DNA of 64,000 bases from an uncultured virus (IMG/VR IMGVR_UViG_3300009993_000002) (taxonomy: Duplodnaviria > Heunggongvirae > Uroviricota > Caudoviricetes). Below the pieces are notes generated by a model. It saw only the letters and a list, made by a program, of their open reading frames with translations, was not told the DNA's origin and did not search any database. The DNA lies in IMG/VR virus record IMGVR_UViG_3300009993_000002. One strand, 5' to 3'. Positions 17,883-27,417 of the stretch are shown here, one piece after another (position 1 is the stretch's first letter; the number at the start of each line of letters is the position of its first letter). Both the position numbers and the translations under genes were made by a program.

Positions 17883-19850
17883 CTATGCCGCCTTCTCGTA
17901 GCACCCGATCCACGACTTCGACGCCGGGCTGACCCCGCATGTGATCGGGACCGTCTCGAAGAACGTGGTGAGTGCCGCCATGGCCTTCCCTGCGATCTCC
18001 TCGACGCGATCCTGGGGAACCTCCAGCACGATCTCGTCATGGATCACGAGGACCAGCATCTCCAGCACCTCGCGGTCCATCCTCAGCAGGCCGTCGCAGA
18101 GCAGGTCGCGAGTTGTTGACTGGCCGACCTGTGCAGGGGCCTGCGTGTACTCCTGGCCCGGGATGACGCGCAGCACGCGGCCCCACTTGCTGGGCACCGT
18201 GCCCGTCTGCTCGGCCCGGCGGCGGATGCGGTCGCGCCAGCGGCACAGCACCGGGAACGCCCGCTTCATCCCGTCGTCGAACTTCCGGGTGACCTCCAGT
18301 GGAAGCTCGGTGTGGGCCGAGGCGCCCTTCGGGCCCTGGCCGTAGTTCCAGGCGTGGGTGATTGCCTTGGCCCGGCCGCGCGCATCGTCGTCGCGGCTGC
18401 CGAAGACGCGGAACGCGACCTCGCGGTGCATGTCCATCCCCGGCCGGGCGAGCTTCATGTACTCGGGGTCCTGACACCATCCGGCCACGGCGCGGGCGTC
18501 GACCTGGTCGAGGTCAATGGCGATGAAGACGTGCCCCCACTTCGCCCGGAACATCCGGCGCTGGAGCAGTGCGGCGCCGCGCTTGCCGATGTTCGTGACT
18601 GACGGCTTGATGTGCGCCCATCGGCCGGATGCCTGGATGTCCCCGATCTGCGGGTGCACGCGGCCGTCGGGGCAGACGTTCTCCAGCACCTCTTCGGCCT
18701 TGGCGCTGGCGGAGCCGACCATGATGGCCGCCTCGCACAGCTCCAGCACCTCGGGATTGTCTGCGTACTTCCGGCTCAGGCCCGGAACGGAGTCGTTTCC
18801 GCGCAGCCACGCGTCCTTTCCGAGGGCGTCCTTGGACAGCGCGAGCTTTCCGCCGTTGGGGGTGTACGGCACATCCTCGTCACGCACCCCGGCCCGGCGC
18901 AGTGCCCGTTCGAACGCGTCGCGTCCCTCGTTCGTGGTGAGCGGCGAGGCACCGATCGTCTTGCTGCGCCACTTCCAGCCCATGCGCAGGTCGGGGCACG
19001 GGCGCTTGTACAGCGACTCGTACAGGGAGCGCACCCGTTTGCCGTGCTTGGTCGTGCGGGGGATGCGGACCTCGACGCGCTCCTGCCAGTGCACCTCGGA
19101 GTGGGGGAGCGGGACCCCGGCTTTCTCGTGCAGCAGCTTGTACGCCTGAGCGCGCTGCTGCTCCGCCATCTTGATCTGCCGGTGGACCTCGTCCATGTCG
19201 ACGCCGAGGCCCTTGAGGTACATGCCGTTCTGGATGGCGGCGATCAGCATCTCGCGCTTGACCACGGGGATCAGGTTCTTGCGGTAGGCCCGCTGGCCCA
19301 TCTCCCGGTAGATCTGGCGCGCGGCGATCAGGTCGCCACGAAGGTAGTCCCAGTACTCGGCCAGCAGGATAGGGATCTTGTCGTAGCCGCCGTACTGCGC
19401 GGCCAGCCGGGGGAGGTGGTCCGTCTTCCCCGCGAAGCCATAACGCTCGGCCACGTCGTTGAGCCGGTAGCTGATGCGCAGGTCGGCCGGGGTGAGCCCG
19501 CGCCGGGCGAGGGCCTTGAAGTTCAGCTTCACGTTGGGGCGCAGCTTCGGGTAGGGCGGGTTGATGGTGCGCTCGCCCACGAGGGTGTCAATCGCCTTCT
19601 CGGCCAGGTCGTGGTAGTTCGCTCCGCAGTGCACGGCCAGGGCCACGAGGTCGAACCCGAGGATGTTGTGCCCGTAGATCACGCTCGCTTCCTTGAGAAC
19701 GTTGATCAAATCCTGGGGGTCCGTGGAGATCTGCGGCTCGCCGTCGTCGACCACCCACCCGACGAGCCGGACGAACGGGCCTTCGTACCCGCCCTTGAAG
19801 AGCAGGTCGGCGCTGGCGGTCTCGATGTCGAAGCCGACTACACCGGCCAT
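17883..19850 (-). CDS. polA: Family A DNA polymerase with 3'-5' exonuclease
   Basis: Exo motifs FDIET, GHNILGFDL, YLRGD; pol motifs DLDQVDAR, RAKAITHAWNYG, IHDEIV. Confidence 0.92.
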   Translation of the reverse strand: MAGVVGFDIETASADLLFKGGYEGPFVRLVGWVVDDGEPQISTDPQDLINVLKEASVIYGHNILGFDLVALAVHCGANYHDLAEKAIDTLVGERTINPPYPKLRPNVKLNFKALARRGLTPADLRISYRLNDVAERYGFAGKTDHLPRLAAQYGGYDKIPILLAEYWDYLRGDLIAARQIYREMGQRAYRKNLIPVVKREMLIAAIQNGMYLKGLGVDMDEVHRQIKMAEQQRAQAYKLLHEKAGVPLPHSEVHWQERVEVRIPRTTKHGKRVRSLYESLYKRPCPDLRMGWKWRSKTIGASPLTTNEGRDAFERALRRAGVRDEDVPYTPNGGKLALSKDALGKDAWLRGNDSVPGLSRKYADNPEVLELCEAAIMVGSASAKAEEVLENVCPDGRVHPQIGDIQASGRWAHIKPSVTNIGKRGAALLQRRMFRAKWGHVFIAIDLDQVDARAVAGWCQDPEYMKLARPGMDMHREVAFRVFGSRDDDARGRAKAITHAWNYGQGPKGASAHTELPLEVTRKFDDGMKRAFPVLCRWRDRIRRRAEQTGTVPSKWGRVLRVIPGQEYTQAPAQVGQSTTRDLLCDGLLRMDREVLEMLVLVIHDEIVLEVPQDRVEEIAGKAMAALTTFFETVPITCGVSPASKSWIGCYEKAA

Positions 19851-19864
19851 CTCTTCCCCCTCCG

Positions 19865-20806
19865 TCAGGTCACGATCGCGGGAAGGAGGTACTTGTCCTC
19901 CCACGAATACAGCAGGTCGTAGTACCTGCTTCCGAGGTGCCGCGCACGATGTGGCCTAGGCAGCTCGGGAATGCACAAATGGTAACAGTCCTCACCGTTT
20001 CTGGGTACGGGAGTGGCCGTGAACACGTAGTCCTTCAGGAGCATTTCCGGGAACAGGTCACGCACCCACTCCTGGCCGTAGACGTATGGCTCCAGCTCGA
20101 CGTCACGATCGGACGTCATACCGGTCCAAATCATGACCTCTTCCCGGGAGCGAACCGACAGCGTGTCGAGGTCCGGGCCGACCGGAGTGAACTGGACACC
20201 CCGGCCGGGCTCCAGCAGGGCATGCCTGGGGACTCCGGTCAGGCGCGAGGCCATCGCCTCCGGCACGCCCTTGTCGCGGATGATGTCGGCCGCGAAGATG
20301 CGGAACGCGTTGTCCCCCCGGGAGGCGGCCTCCAGTGCCAGGTGCACGATCCGCATGTCGCACGAGCCGGTGACGCGGGTGGCCCGCATCCCCTCGGGGC
20401 GCACCATCCACTTCTGGCAGGTGTTCGCGCCGAGGTCCGTCATCTCCTCGAAGAACGACGAGCTGAACAGCATCAGCGGACTGAGGAGGGTGACGGATGC
20501 CAGTCGGCGCCGCCTGCTCCACCTGTGACGGTTCACGTAAGCCCACCAGGTGAACGAGAGGATCTGCCCCCTCTCGGCCGGGCTGTACACGTGGAGCAGG
20601 TCGACGTCGGCAGGGTTCCAGTTGTAGGGGCTGCGGAACACGGTCCGGTTCGGAGCCCTCATGACGCGCTCCACGGCCCTCAGGAGGTGCGGGAAGCGGT
20701 GCAGTGAGGAAAGGAGCGTCATGGCCCGGGAGACGCGCTCCTGGGGCGTTCCGTGGCGGTCCCCAGGTGGCCTCCCCGGCGGACGCCCGGTCGGCTTTCG
20801 GGCCAC
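19865..20806 (-). CDS. Hypothetical protein, possible DNA-binding (AT-hook-like GRP repeats)
   Basis: N-terminus MARKPTGRPPGRPP; between primase and polymerase genes. Confidence 0.5.
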   Translation of the reverse strand: MARKPTGRPPGRPPGDRHGTPQERVSRAMTLLSSLHRFPHLLRAVERVMRAPNRTVFRSPYNWNPADVDLLHVYSPAERGQILSFTWWAYVNRHRWSRRRRLASVTLLSPLMLFSSSFFEEMTDLGANTCQKWMVRPEGMRATRVTGSCDMRIVHLALEAASRGDNAFRIFAADIIRDKGVPEAMASRLTGVPRHALLEPGRGVQFTPVGPDLDTLSVRSREEVMIWTGMTSDRDVELEPYVYGQEWVRDLFPEMLLKDYVFTATPVPRNGEDCYHLCIPELPRPHRARHLGSRYYDLLYSWEDKYLLPAIVT

Positions 20807-20818
20807 GCTTCCTCCGGG

Positions 20819-23107
20819 TCAGGTCCGGGCGATCGGTACGTAGCGCACCCTTCCGCGTTCCATCGTCTTGTGAATCAGGCCAGCCTTGGCGAGCACATGC
20901 AGGTCCGACTCGATGTCCCTCTCCTGGATCTTAGAGCGGAACCGCGAGTAAATGTCCTGCTCCGTCACGCCTTCCCTCCGTGCCTGGATCGCGGTGAGGA
21001 TTTCGTTCTGACGGGCCGCCCATTCCGAGTGCAGAATCTTGCCCGCCACCCGGGCCGTCGAGCGGTACCACTCCTCGGTCATCTCCATGGCCTTGAGCAG
21101 GTGCGGCATCCGGACCATCTTCTGCCGCTCCGACATGGCGATGAGCACGGCCATCTTCATCATGGAGTCGCCCATGCGGTCGGTCGTGGGAAGCAGCACT
21201 TCAGACAGCTCGTGCCGGTCGGCCGCGTTGTACAGCTCCCACTTGGCCTTCTGGAGCCGGTTCCATGTCGAGTCGTCGAAGGGGATCATCACCGTGTCGC
21301 CGGGCGTGGTCTCCTCCATCCAGAAGGCCCTCGCGGCGAACATGTCGTTGAGCAGTCCCTGCCGCATCACGTCCTCGGAAAGCACCTGGCCGTCGAACTG
21401 CTCGGTGAACATGCTCTCCTCGGTCATCGGAGGCGGGTCGGCCTCCGCGATGAGGAACCGGGCGAGGTGGCCGGACTGGTAGTCGCCGATCGTCAGGTGC
21501 TCGGTGACCTGCTGGAGCGTGCCGCACAGGAACATCAGGAAGTTCGTGCGGATGACCGACAGGTCGCGGTCCTCGTGCTCCTTCAGGTTGCCCACACGCA
21601 GGGCGATACGGACGCGGCCGGTGAACAGCTCCGTCATGTGCTCGCGTACGCCAGCCAGGTAGCGCTTCGCCGCCTGCTCGTACAGCAGACCGTGCGCCTC
21701 GTCCCGGTAGAACACCGAGGAGCGGCCGTTGCGGTCCGGCAGGATGACGCTCAGGGCCTCCGACGTGACGTCGGAGCCGAGCAGGTACGGGAAGGCGTCG
21801 CCGGACAGCTCGTCGAGGAAGTCGACCCACATCATCATCGCGGTCGTCTTCCGGGCCCGCGTCGTCGGGCCGAGGATGAAGAACCACAACGTCAGGTTCG
21901 TGTCGAACTTCGTCGAGCACTTCCCGAATTCGCCGAACACGGCGGACATGATGGTCGCGGCGCCCGCCCGGTGGTAGCAGGACGGCGCGTCGGTGCGCGT
22001 CTGGGCCCACTGCTGATACCGGTCGATGAACGTGTCGTGGGGTACCAGGTCGCGCTCTTCCGGCCGCAGGATCGAGACCGACTCGGCGAACGCGGTGAGC
22101 TTGTTCTCCGGGTTCTCCTCGCTCTCGTCGGCCTCCTTGCGATAGCCGAGGTCGGAGAAGCTGTTGCGTACCGGCTGGTTGTCGGGATGGTCGTACGCCT
22201 TGCAGAGCTGCTGCCACAGCTCCTCTTCGGGGCGGCCGTCGATCTTGTACTTGTTGCACTTCGCCGACCAGGCGACATGCATGGCCGTGATGCGTGAGAC
22301 GTTCAGCCGGGACAGCAGGCTGAGCAGCTTCCACAGCGTCTTCGAGCGGTCCTGGTCCGGCTTCAGGTCGGCCGCGTACAGGTCGTAGACCTCGGGGCTG
22401 GAGCGGAACACCTCGGACGACTCGCGGATGGACTGGGCCGAGAAGTACCAGTCGGACTTCGGCGGCATATCGCTGGCGACGCTCGGCCGGTCCTGCGTGC
22501 TGAAGGGCGGGTACTGGCTGGCCAGCGCCTTCAACGTGTAGGTGGGGCCCATCTTCGGCGTGCCGGGGATCTGCCACGGGGGGCGCCCCTGGCGGGTGTA
22601 CTTGTTGTTCGCGGTGCCCGGCACGCGCAGGAGCTGGCCAGCATCCCACCCACTGGGGTCGCAGCCCTCGCGGACATGCTCGGAGGCGATGGTCCGGGAG
22701 ATGTCGATGAGCTGTTCCGGGTCGTCGGTCTCGGTGACCCAGTACAGGTGGTGCCGACCTTCGGAGGTCTCGACCGCCATGGTCGGCTGCGCCTTCAGCT
22801 TGTCCAGCGGAAGGTGTTCGGCGTCGGCGTACGCGGCCCACTGGTGCGCGATGTTGCTGCCCTTGCGGCTTCCCCGGGTGCGGAAGAGGGCGGGCACCGT
22901 GTAGACGTCCTTGTCGCTGCTGCCCAGGCAGAAGGCGATCAGGTCGTCACGCTGCGAAGGCCATGCGAAGAAAGTGGTCTGCGTCGGACCCGTCTTTTCG
23001 TCCGGGTCGTACACGCCGCCCGGGAACAACGAGACCGCGACGAAGCCCAGATCCTTTCCGTCGTCATTGACCTTCGGAAAGAGGGTGTCGAAGAAGACGA
23101 AGCTCAC
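20819..23107 (-). CDS. RepB-like primase fused to DUF3987-type helicase
   Basis: 'YADA', 'VETSEGRHHLYW', 'LLRVPGTAN'; helicase part 'LGPTTRARKTT', 'YRDE', 'SGHLARF'. Confidence 0.85.
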   Translation of the reverse strand: MSFVFFDTLFPKVNDDGKDLGFVAVSLFPGGVYDPDEKTGPTQTTFFAWPSQRDDLIAFCLGSSDKDVYTVPALFRTRGSRKGSNIAHQWAAYADAEHLPLDKLKAQPTMAVETSEGRHHLYWVTETDDPEQLIDISRTIASEHVREGCDPSGWDAGQLLRVPGTANNKYTRQGRPPWQIPGTPKMGPTYTLKALASQYPPFSTQDRPSVASDMPPKSDWYFSAQSIRESSEVFRSSPEVYDLYAADLKPDQDRSKTLWKLLSLLSRLNVSRITAMHVAWSAKCNKYKIDGRPEEELWQQLCKAYDHPDNQPVRNSFSDLGYRKEADESEENPENKLTAFAESVSILRPEERDLVPHDTFIDRYQQWAQTRTDAPSCYHRAGAATIMSAVFGEFGKCSTKFDTNLTLWFFILGPTTRARKTTAMMMWVDFLDELSGDAFPYLLGSDVTSEALSVILPDRNGRSSVFYRDEAHGLLYEQAAKRYLAGVREHMTELFTGRVRIALRVGNLKEHEDRDLSVIRTNFLMFLCGTLQQVTEHLTIGDYQSGHLARFLIAEADPPPMTEESMFTEQFDGQVLSEDVMRQGLLNDMFAARAFWMEETTPGDTVMIPFDDSTWNRLQKAKWELYNAADRHELSEVLLPTTDRMGDSMMKMAVLIAMSERQKMVRMPHLLKAMEMTEEWYRSTARVAGKILHSEWAARQNEILTAIQARREGVTEQDIYSRFRSKIQERDIESDLHVLAKAGLIHKTMERGRVRYVPIART

Positions 23108-23147
23108 CCGCGTCTCTCCTTTTCTCGTGCGACTTTCCGGATGCAGA

Positions 23148-23177
23148 ACGGGCGGGACCTCGGAAGGCCCCGCCCGT
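23148..23177 (-). terminator. Intrinsic terminator-like hairpin
   Basis: ACGGGCGGG...CCCGCCCGT inverted repeat in the intergenic gap. Confidence 0.55.
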
Positions 23178-23228
23178 CAGGAACCGGGCGGATGCTCGAT
23201 CGTATCCGCACAGCTCAGTACACCGCGA

Positions 23229-24509
23229 TCAGAGGTTCTTGGCGCTCGCGAACTCGTCGAGGCCGCCACCCTGACCGTCCTCCGTCTTCGGAGGCTGCTC
23301 GTTCCACTGCGTCCCCAGCCAGACCGCCGTGATGGTCTGGCCGATGCGCTTGCCCGCGCCGGACCCGAGGACGACGTCCACCGGCACGCCGGGGGCCTTG
23401 TTGAGCGTGATCGCGCCCACGGTGTCCCACGTGATCTCGCCCTTGGCGACGACCGGCTCCGCGTCGACATCGGCCTCGGGGTCGTACAGCTCGACCTCGA
23501 TCTTGCGCTCCGGGACCGGCATGAACTTCGTCTTGAGGTAGTCGGTCGTCTGGACCTGGTCCTCCATCAGGGCGCCGGAGTTCTCGCTGGAGTCGGCGAT
23601 GGCGTAGACCTGGTCCTTGATGTGGACCAGCAGCTTCTCGTTGCCCTCGTAGAAGCTGCCGCTCTCGTCGTTGTAGATGTAGACCTGCGGGTCCTCGTCG
23701 TTCTGCTTCTGGGCCGCGAAGACCGTGACCGGGGCGCCGGTCTCCGGGTTGACCAGGACGGTGACCGGCTGGTTGTTGGCGTCGAGGCGCGGGCGCGGCT
23801 TGTTCTTGGTGGACAGCGTGATCTGCGCCATCACGATCTTGTCCTCCATGCGCTTGGCGATGACCGGCATGGTCTTCAGGTTCACCGCCTCGCCGGGCTG
23901 CGTCGCACCGGCCGCCATCCGCAGGGAGCGGCCGTCCTCGTTCTTGTAGCCCGTGCGGCCGGACCGGTTCTGCTTGAAGAGCGCCGTCTTGATCGTGAGG
24001 GCCGGGACCTCGATCTCGTACGGGTACCGGCGCTGGCCGTACTTCGGGGCGACGTGGTTCGCCTCGCAGATGAAGTACGGAAGCTCGTGCTCGCGGATGA
24101 CCTCGGTGGCGCCCGCAGCGATCTGCGCCTCGACCTGCTCGAAGGGCACGTAGACGCGCTTCTTGCCGCTCTCCGGGTCGACCTTCACCGCGAGGCAGAC
24201 CTTGGAGGAGAGGCGCGGGGTGTGCTTCTCCTTGAAGGCCGCCGTGGTGATGCGGACCGGGACCCACATCTTGTCCTGGAGGCCGACGTCGAGCGGGTTG
24301 ACGTAGGTGCTGCCGGACTCGTAGACCTGCACCGCCTCGTCGGTCTCGTCCTCCGACAGCTCCATGTCGGCGTCGTCGAAGAGGTCGTCCAGCTCGGTGT
24401 CCAGGTCGATGCCGTCGAGGACGTCGCCGCCCGGGACCGCGTCGGCGGGCTCACCCTGTGCACCCTCGGCGGGCTGGTTGAACGGGTCGAACTCGGTGTT
24501 GTCGCTCAT
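23229..24509 (-). CDS. Acidic hypothetical protein, candidate ssDNA-binding protein
   Basis: Strong codon bias, acidic N- and C-terminal tails, between RecT-like and primase genes. Confidence 0.45.
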   Translation of the reverse strand: MSDNTEFDPFNQPAEGAQGEPADAVPGGDVLDGIDLDTELDDLFDDADMELSEDETDEAVQVYESGSTYVNPLDVGLQDKMWVPVRITTAAFKEKHTPRLSSKVCLAVKVDPESGKKRVYVPFEQVEAQIAAGATEVIREHELPYFICEANHVAPKYGQRRYPYEIEVPALTIKTALFKQNRSGRTGYKNEDGRSLRMAAGATQPGEAVNLKTMPVIAKRMEDKIVMAQITLSTKNKPRPRLDANNQPVTVLVNPETGAPVTVFAAQKQNDEDPQVYIYNDESGSFYEGNEKLLVHIKDQVYAIADSSENSGALMEDQVQTTDYLKTKFMPVPERKIEVELYDPEADVDAEPVVAKGEITWDTVGAITLNKAPGVPVDVVLGSGAGKRIGQTITAVWLGTQWNEQPPKTEDGQGGGLDEFASAKNL

Positions 24510-24544
24510 GGTGTCCTTGTCCTTGTCCTTGTGGTCCGCGTTTT

Positions 24545-25705
24545 TCAGGCGCGGAGGGATTTGACGATGTTCTCCAGGTGAGCGCTCAGCGGACCCTGGG
24601 CTTCACCCTGGCCCACCGCCTCTTCCCCCTTGCCCGCCTCGTTCGCCGCCTTCTGGACGGCGTAGATGCGGGAGATCTTGTCGTCGGTGGACAGCCTTGC
24701 GTCCCCGGCGGTGCGCTCGGCCCATTCGGCGAGCTGCTGCGGCGTGCCCTGCTCGACCGCCCGGGTGGCGGCCTCGGTCACAAGTCGCTGCTTCTTGCTG
24801 CCCCCCTTGGTGACGTCGATGACCTCACCGTGGATCGGCCGCTCGTTCTCGTCGACCTCGGCGCCCAGTTCCTCGGGCGGGTACAGGGCGTTCGACATGG
24901 CGAGCTGGTCGTCGTCATCCTCGGAGAGGACCAGACCCATCTCGCTCAGGATGTTCTTGACGCCCAGGATCACGTCAATCGCACCGTCGCGGACCACGCC
25001 GGACTTGCAGCGGTTCTTCAGCATCTCGGGGCCGAACTTCTGCCAGACGCCCTTGCCGCCGAGGCCGATCTGCTGAGCACGGGCCATCGTCCACGTGGAC
25101 TCGAACCTGACCAGCTTGGTCAGGTCGAAGTCGGTGGTGGAGACCGTCTTGCGCAGCTCGTCGAAGTCGTACTGGCCGTGCAGGTCGGCGAGCTGCTTGC
25201 GCAGGCCCGCAAGTTCCTCCTCGGACGGCGTCTCGCCGAACGAGTCGAGAGTGCGCAGGTCTTCGATCCGCTCCAGGAGCTGGCCGCGCTGCATCCTGTA
25301 CAGCCGGTCCATGTCCTCCAGCCGGGCGACCTTCAGGCGACGCTCCTGCTCGCGCATCATCTCGAAGCGCTGAAGCTGATCGGCGGTCGTCTTGCGCACC
25401 AAGACGGCGGTCGCCTTGATGGCGTTGCCCTCGACGTGCACGGTGTGCCCGGCGGCGATGGCCAGGGCCTGCATCAGGTGGGCCGACATGCCCGCCTTGA
25501 GGCGCCCGTCGCCGTCCTTGAAGACGAAGATGTGCTGGAAGGCGGACATCGGATCGATGCCCAGTGCGGCGCCGAATCGCATCATGTACTCGACGGATGC
25601 CGCATCACCGGCGATGTGCTCCGGCATCAGCTTCGACTTCGAAAGCCGAGCTGCTTCGACGGGATCCACCTCTCCGCCGGTCTTACGAGGGACAAGCTCA
25701 CTCAT
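24545..25705 (-). CDS. RecT/ERF-like single-strand annealing protein
   Basis: 'SKLMPEH...GAALGIDPMSAFQHI...MSAHLM' and 'WTMARAQQIGL...WQKFGPEMLKNR'. Confidence 0.75.
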   Translation of the reverse strand: MSELVPRKTGGEVDPVEAARLSKSKLMPEHIAGDAASVEYMMRFGAALGIDPMSAFQHIFVFKDGDGRLKAGMSAHLMQALAIAAGHTVHVEGNAIKATAVLVRKTTADQLQRFEMMREQERRLKVARLEDMDRLYRMQRGQLLERIEDLRTLDSFGETPSEEELAGLRKQLADLHGQYDFDELRKTVSTTDFDLTKLVRFESTWTMARAQQIGLGGKGVWQKFGPEMLKNRCKSGVVRDGAIDVILGVKNILSEMGLVLSEDDDDQLAMSNALYPPEELGAEVDENERPIHGEVIDVTKGGSKKQRLVTEAATRAVEQGTPQQLAEWAERTAGDARLSTDDKISRIYAVQKAANEAGKGEEAVGQGEAQGPLSAHLENIVKSLRA

Positions 25706-25789
25706 GCGTGCCTCGTTTTCAGTGCTTGTTCTCGTGTCGTTTTTAGTATCTTGTGGCGTCGTGTTCTTGTAGCTCCACTCTACCACTAA

Positions 25790-26632
25790 CTAGCCGCGTA
25801 GCCTAGGCCGAATCGAGCAGGGGAAGCACTCGGGGTGCGCCGTCAGCTCGCCGACCTTGCCCGCCCTGACGAGAGACGCCAGGTGAGCGGCCCTGTTCAG
25901 AACGGCTTGAGCCACCTCCGGCCGGTAAGAACAGGAGGCCACCCAGATGTCGCTCACGTTGTTCGAGTCCCGGGGGATGAACGCGAGGACAGCGTAGTCC
26001 GCCTCGCGCCCCATCGCCCGCAGTCCGTACAGGTAGAGCATCGTCTGGCCCATGTACTCCTGCGGGACCCCACCGGAGTGCTCCTTCGAGTTGGCCATCA
26101 GCATGACCAGCCTGCCCATGTCGGACTCCTGGAGCATGCCCGCGCGGTCCATGGCCGTCAGCCTGGTCAGCTCCTCGCGCTCCGGCGCGGTGAGCCCCTG
26201 CGTGTACGAGCCGGGACCCGCCTGTTTCCGGTAGCCCTGGAGCTTCTTCATGTCGGTCGTCTTCCAGTCGACCAGGGTCTTCTTGCGCGGGAGGAAGACG
26301 TCCACGTGCCCCTTCACCAGCCCGAGGCCGGGGACCTCCGCGATGTCCACGGTGATCTCCTGCTCGGCGTGCGCGTACACCTGCGGAAGGTCTCGCTCCA
26401 GCTTCTCGTGCACGGCTGTTCCCAGCCACGCCTTGAGGCTGAACCCGCGATCGGTGCTGGCCCCCATGTTCAGCGAGGCGGAGATCTTCCGCGCCACACA
26501 CAGGTCGCACTTGTCGGCCAGATCGCTGGGCCCGGGGGCCCGCTGCTGGTCGCGCGCCGAGGGTTTCGTGATGGTGGCCACCGCGATTCCTTCGACGAAA
26601 GTGCGAATATTTTCCTGATCTTCTGCTGTCAT
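25790..26632 (-). CDS. Cas4-like PD-(D/E)XK exonuclease
   Basis: 'GPSDL..CxxC', 'GTAVH', 'GHVD', 'DWKT', 'QTMLY', C-terminal CxxC. Confidence 0.8.
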   Translation of the reverse strand: MTAEDQENIRTFVEGIAVATITKPSARDQQRAPGPSDLADKCDLCVARKISASLNMGASTDRGFSLKAWLGTAVHEKLERDLPQVYAHAEQEITVDIAEVPGLGLVKGHVDVFLPRKKTLVDWKTTDMKKLQGYRKQAGPGSYTQGLTAPEREELTRLTAMDRAGMLQESDMGRLVMLMANSKEHSGGVPQEYMGQTMLYLYGLRAMGREADYAVLAFIPRDSNNVSDIWVASCSYRPEVAQAVLNRAAHLASLVRAGKVGELTAHPECFPCSIRPRLRG

Positions 26633-26641
26633 GTCGCAACC

Positions 26642-27349
26642 CTACACCGGGGCACTGACACTGGACGCCAGCTCGCGAGCCTTCCTCAGCAGGTCGTCCC
26701 ACCTGCCGTGTATCCGCGCCTCCTTGTAGAGCTGGAGCCTGGCCAGGGATTCGGCCGAGCCCGCGTACCTGCTGATCCTCGGAGGCTTCTCGTGCCAGAG
26801 GTGGTACAGCGGCGCCACACCCCGCCATGGGGCTCCGTACAGGCCGTTCAGGGCGAGCGCCCAGGACTCGTCCTCCTGTCCCCATCCGACGAAGCCCGGA
26901 TCCAGGGGGCAGTCGAGGTAGACATCGCGGCGAAGCACCGTGATGCCGCCGCCCTCGTAGCCCTTGTAGGGGTTCTGATCCAGCCAGCGGTTCTGGATGG
27001 TCAGCGATCCGGGATTGACCCCCTCGAAGATCTTCTTCGAGGCCGCCTGGCCCATCCGGTAGACCTTCAGGTGCGGCATGGCCCAGGGGGCGCCCTGCTG
27101 GACGGCGCGGACCGCCCCCTTCAGGCCGGACGTGACGGAGTCGGCATCGGCGATGACCACGATCGGTTCCGTGGTGTTCGCCAGCGCGTTGGCCACGGCC
27201 TTGGCCTTGCACCAGGGGTCGGCGTGAAACCCGACTTCGATCCTGGGGCTTTCCAGCTCTTCGGTGTACCACTTCTTCACGTGGTCCAGAGCCATCTTGC
27301 GCCAGGGGGTTTCGTTCCCGTAGGGGATCAGGACGGCGATGTCGTTCAT
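26642..27349 (-). CDS. Glycosyltransferase (GT2/GT7 galactosyltransferase-like)
   Basis: 'VLIPY', 'IADADS', 'GG', 'DPGFVGWGQED', 'YHLWH'. Confidence 0.85.
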   Translation of the reverse strand: MNDIAVLIPYGNETPWRKMALDHVKKWYTEELESPRIEVGFHADPWCKAKAVANALANTTEPIVVIADADSVTSGLKGAVRAVQQGAPWAMPHLKVYRMGQAASKKIFEGVNPGSLTIQNRWLDQNPYKGYEGGGITVLRRDVYLDCPLDPGFVGWGQEDESWALALNGLYGAPWRGVAPLYHLWHEKPPRISRYAGSAESLARLQLYKEARIHGRWDDLLRKARELASSVSAPV

Positions 27350-27364
27350 GGCCGTATCCTGACA

Positions 27365-27408
27365 TGGAAACGGGCTCGCGCTCAGGGGACGACGCGGGCC
27401 CGTTTCCA
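27365..27408 (-). terminator. Intrinsic terminator-like hairpin
   Basis: TGGAAACGGG...CCCGTTTCCA inverted repeat. Confidence 0.6.
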
Positions 27409-27417
27409 CTGGGGACG

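Noticed and set aside
18940..19110. Possible intein or intron in polA
   Set aside because: Short in-frame insertion lacking C/S...HN splice motifs or an endonuclease domain
25790..26632. Cas4-like gene as evidence of CRISPR-Cas
   Set aside because: No repeat-spacer array or other cas genes; phage Cas4-like nucleases usually partner annealases
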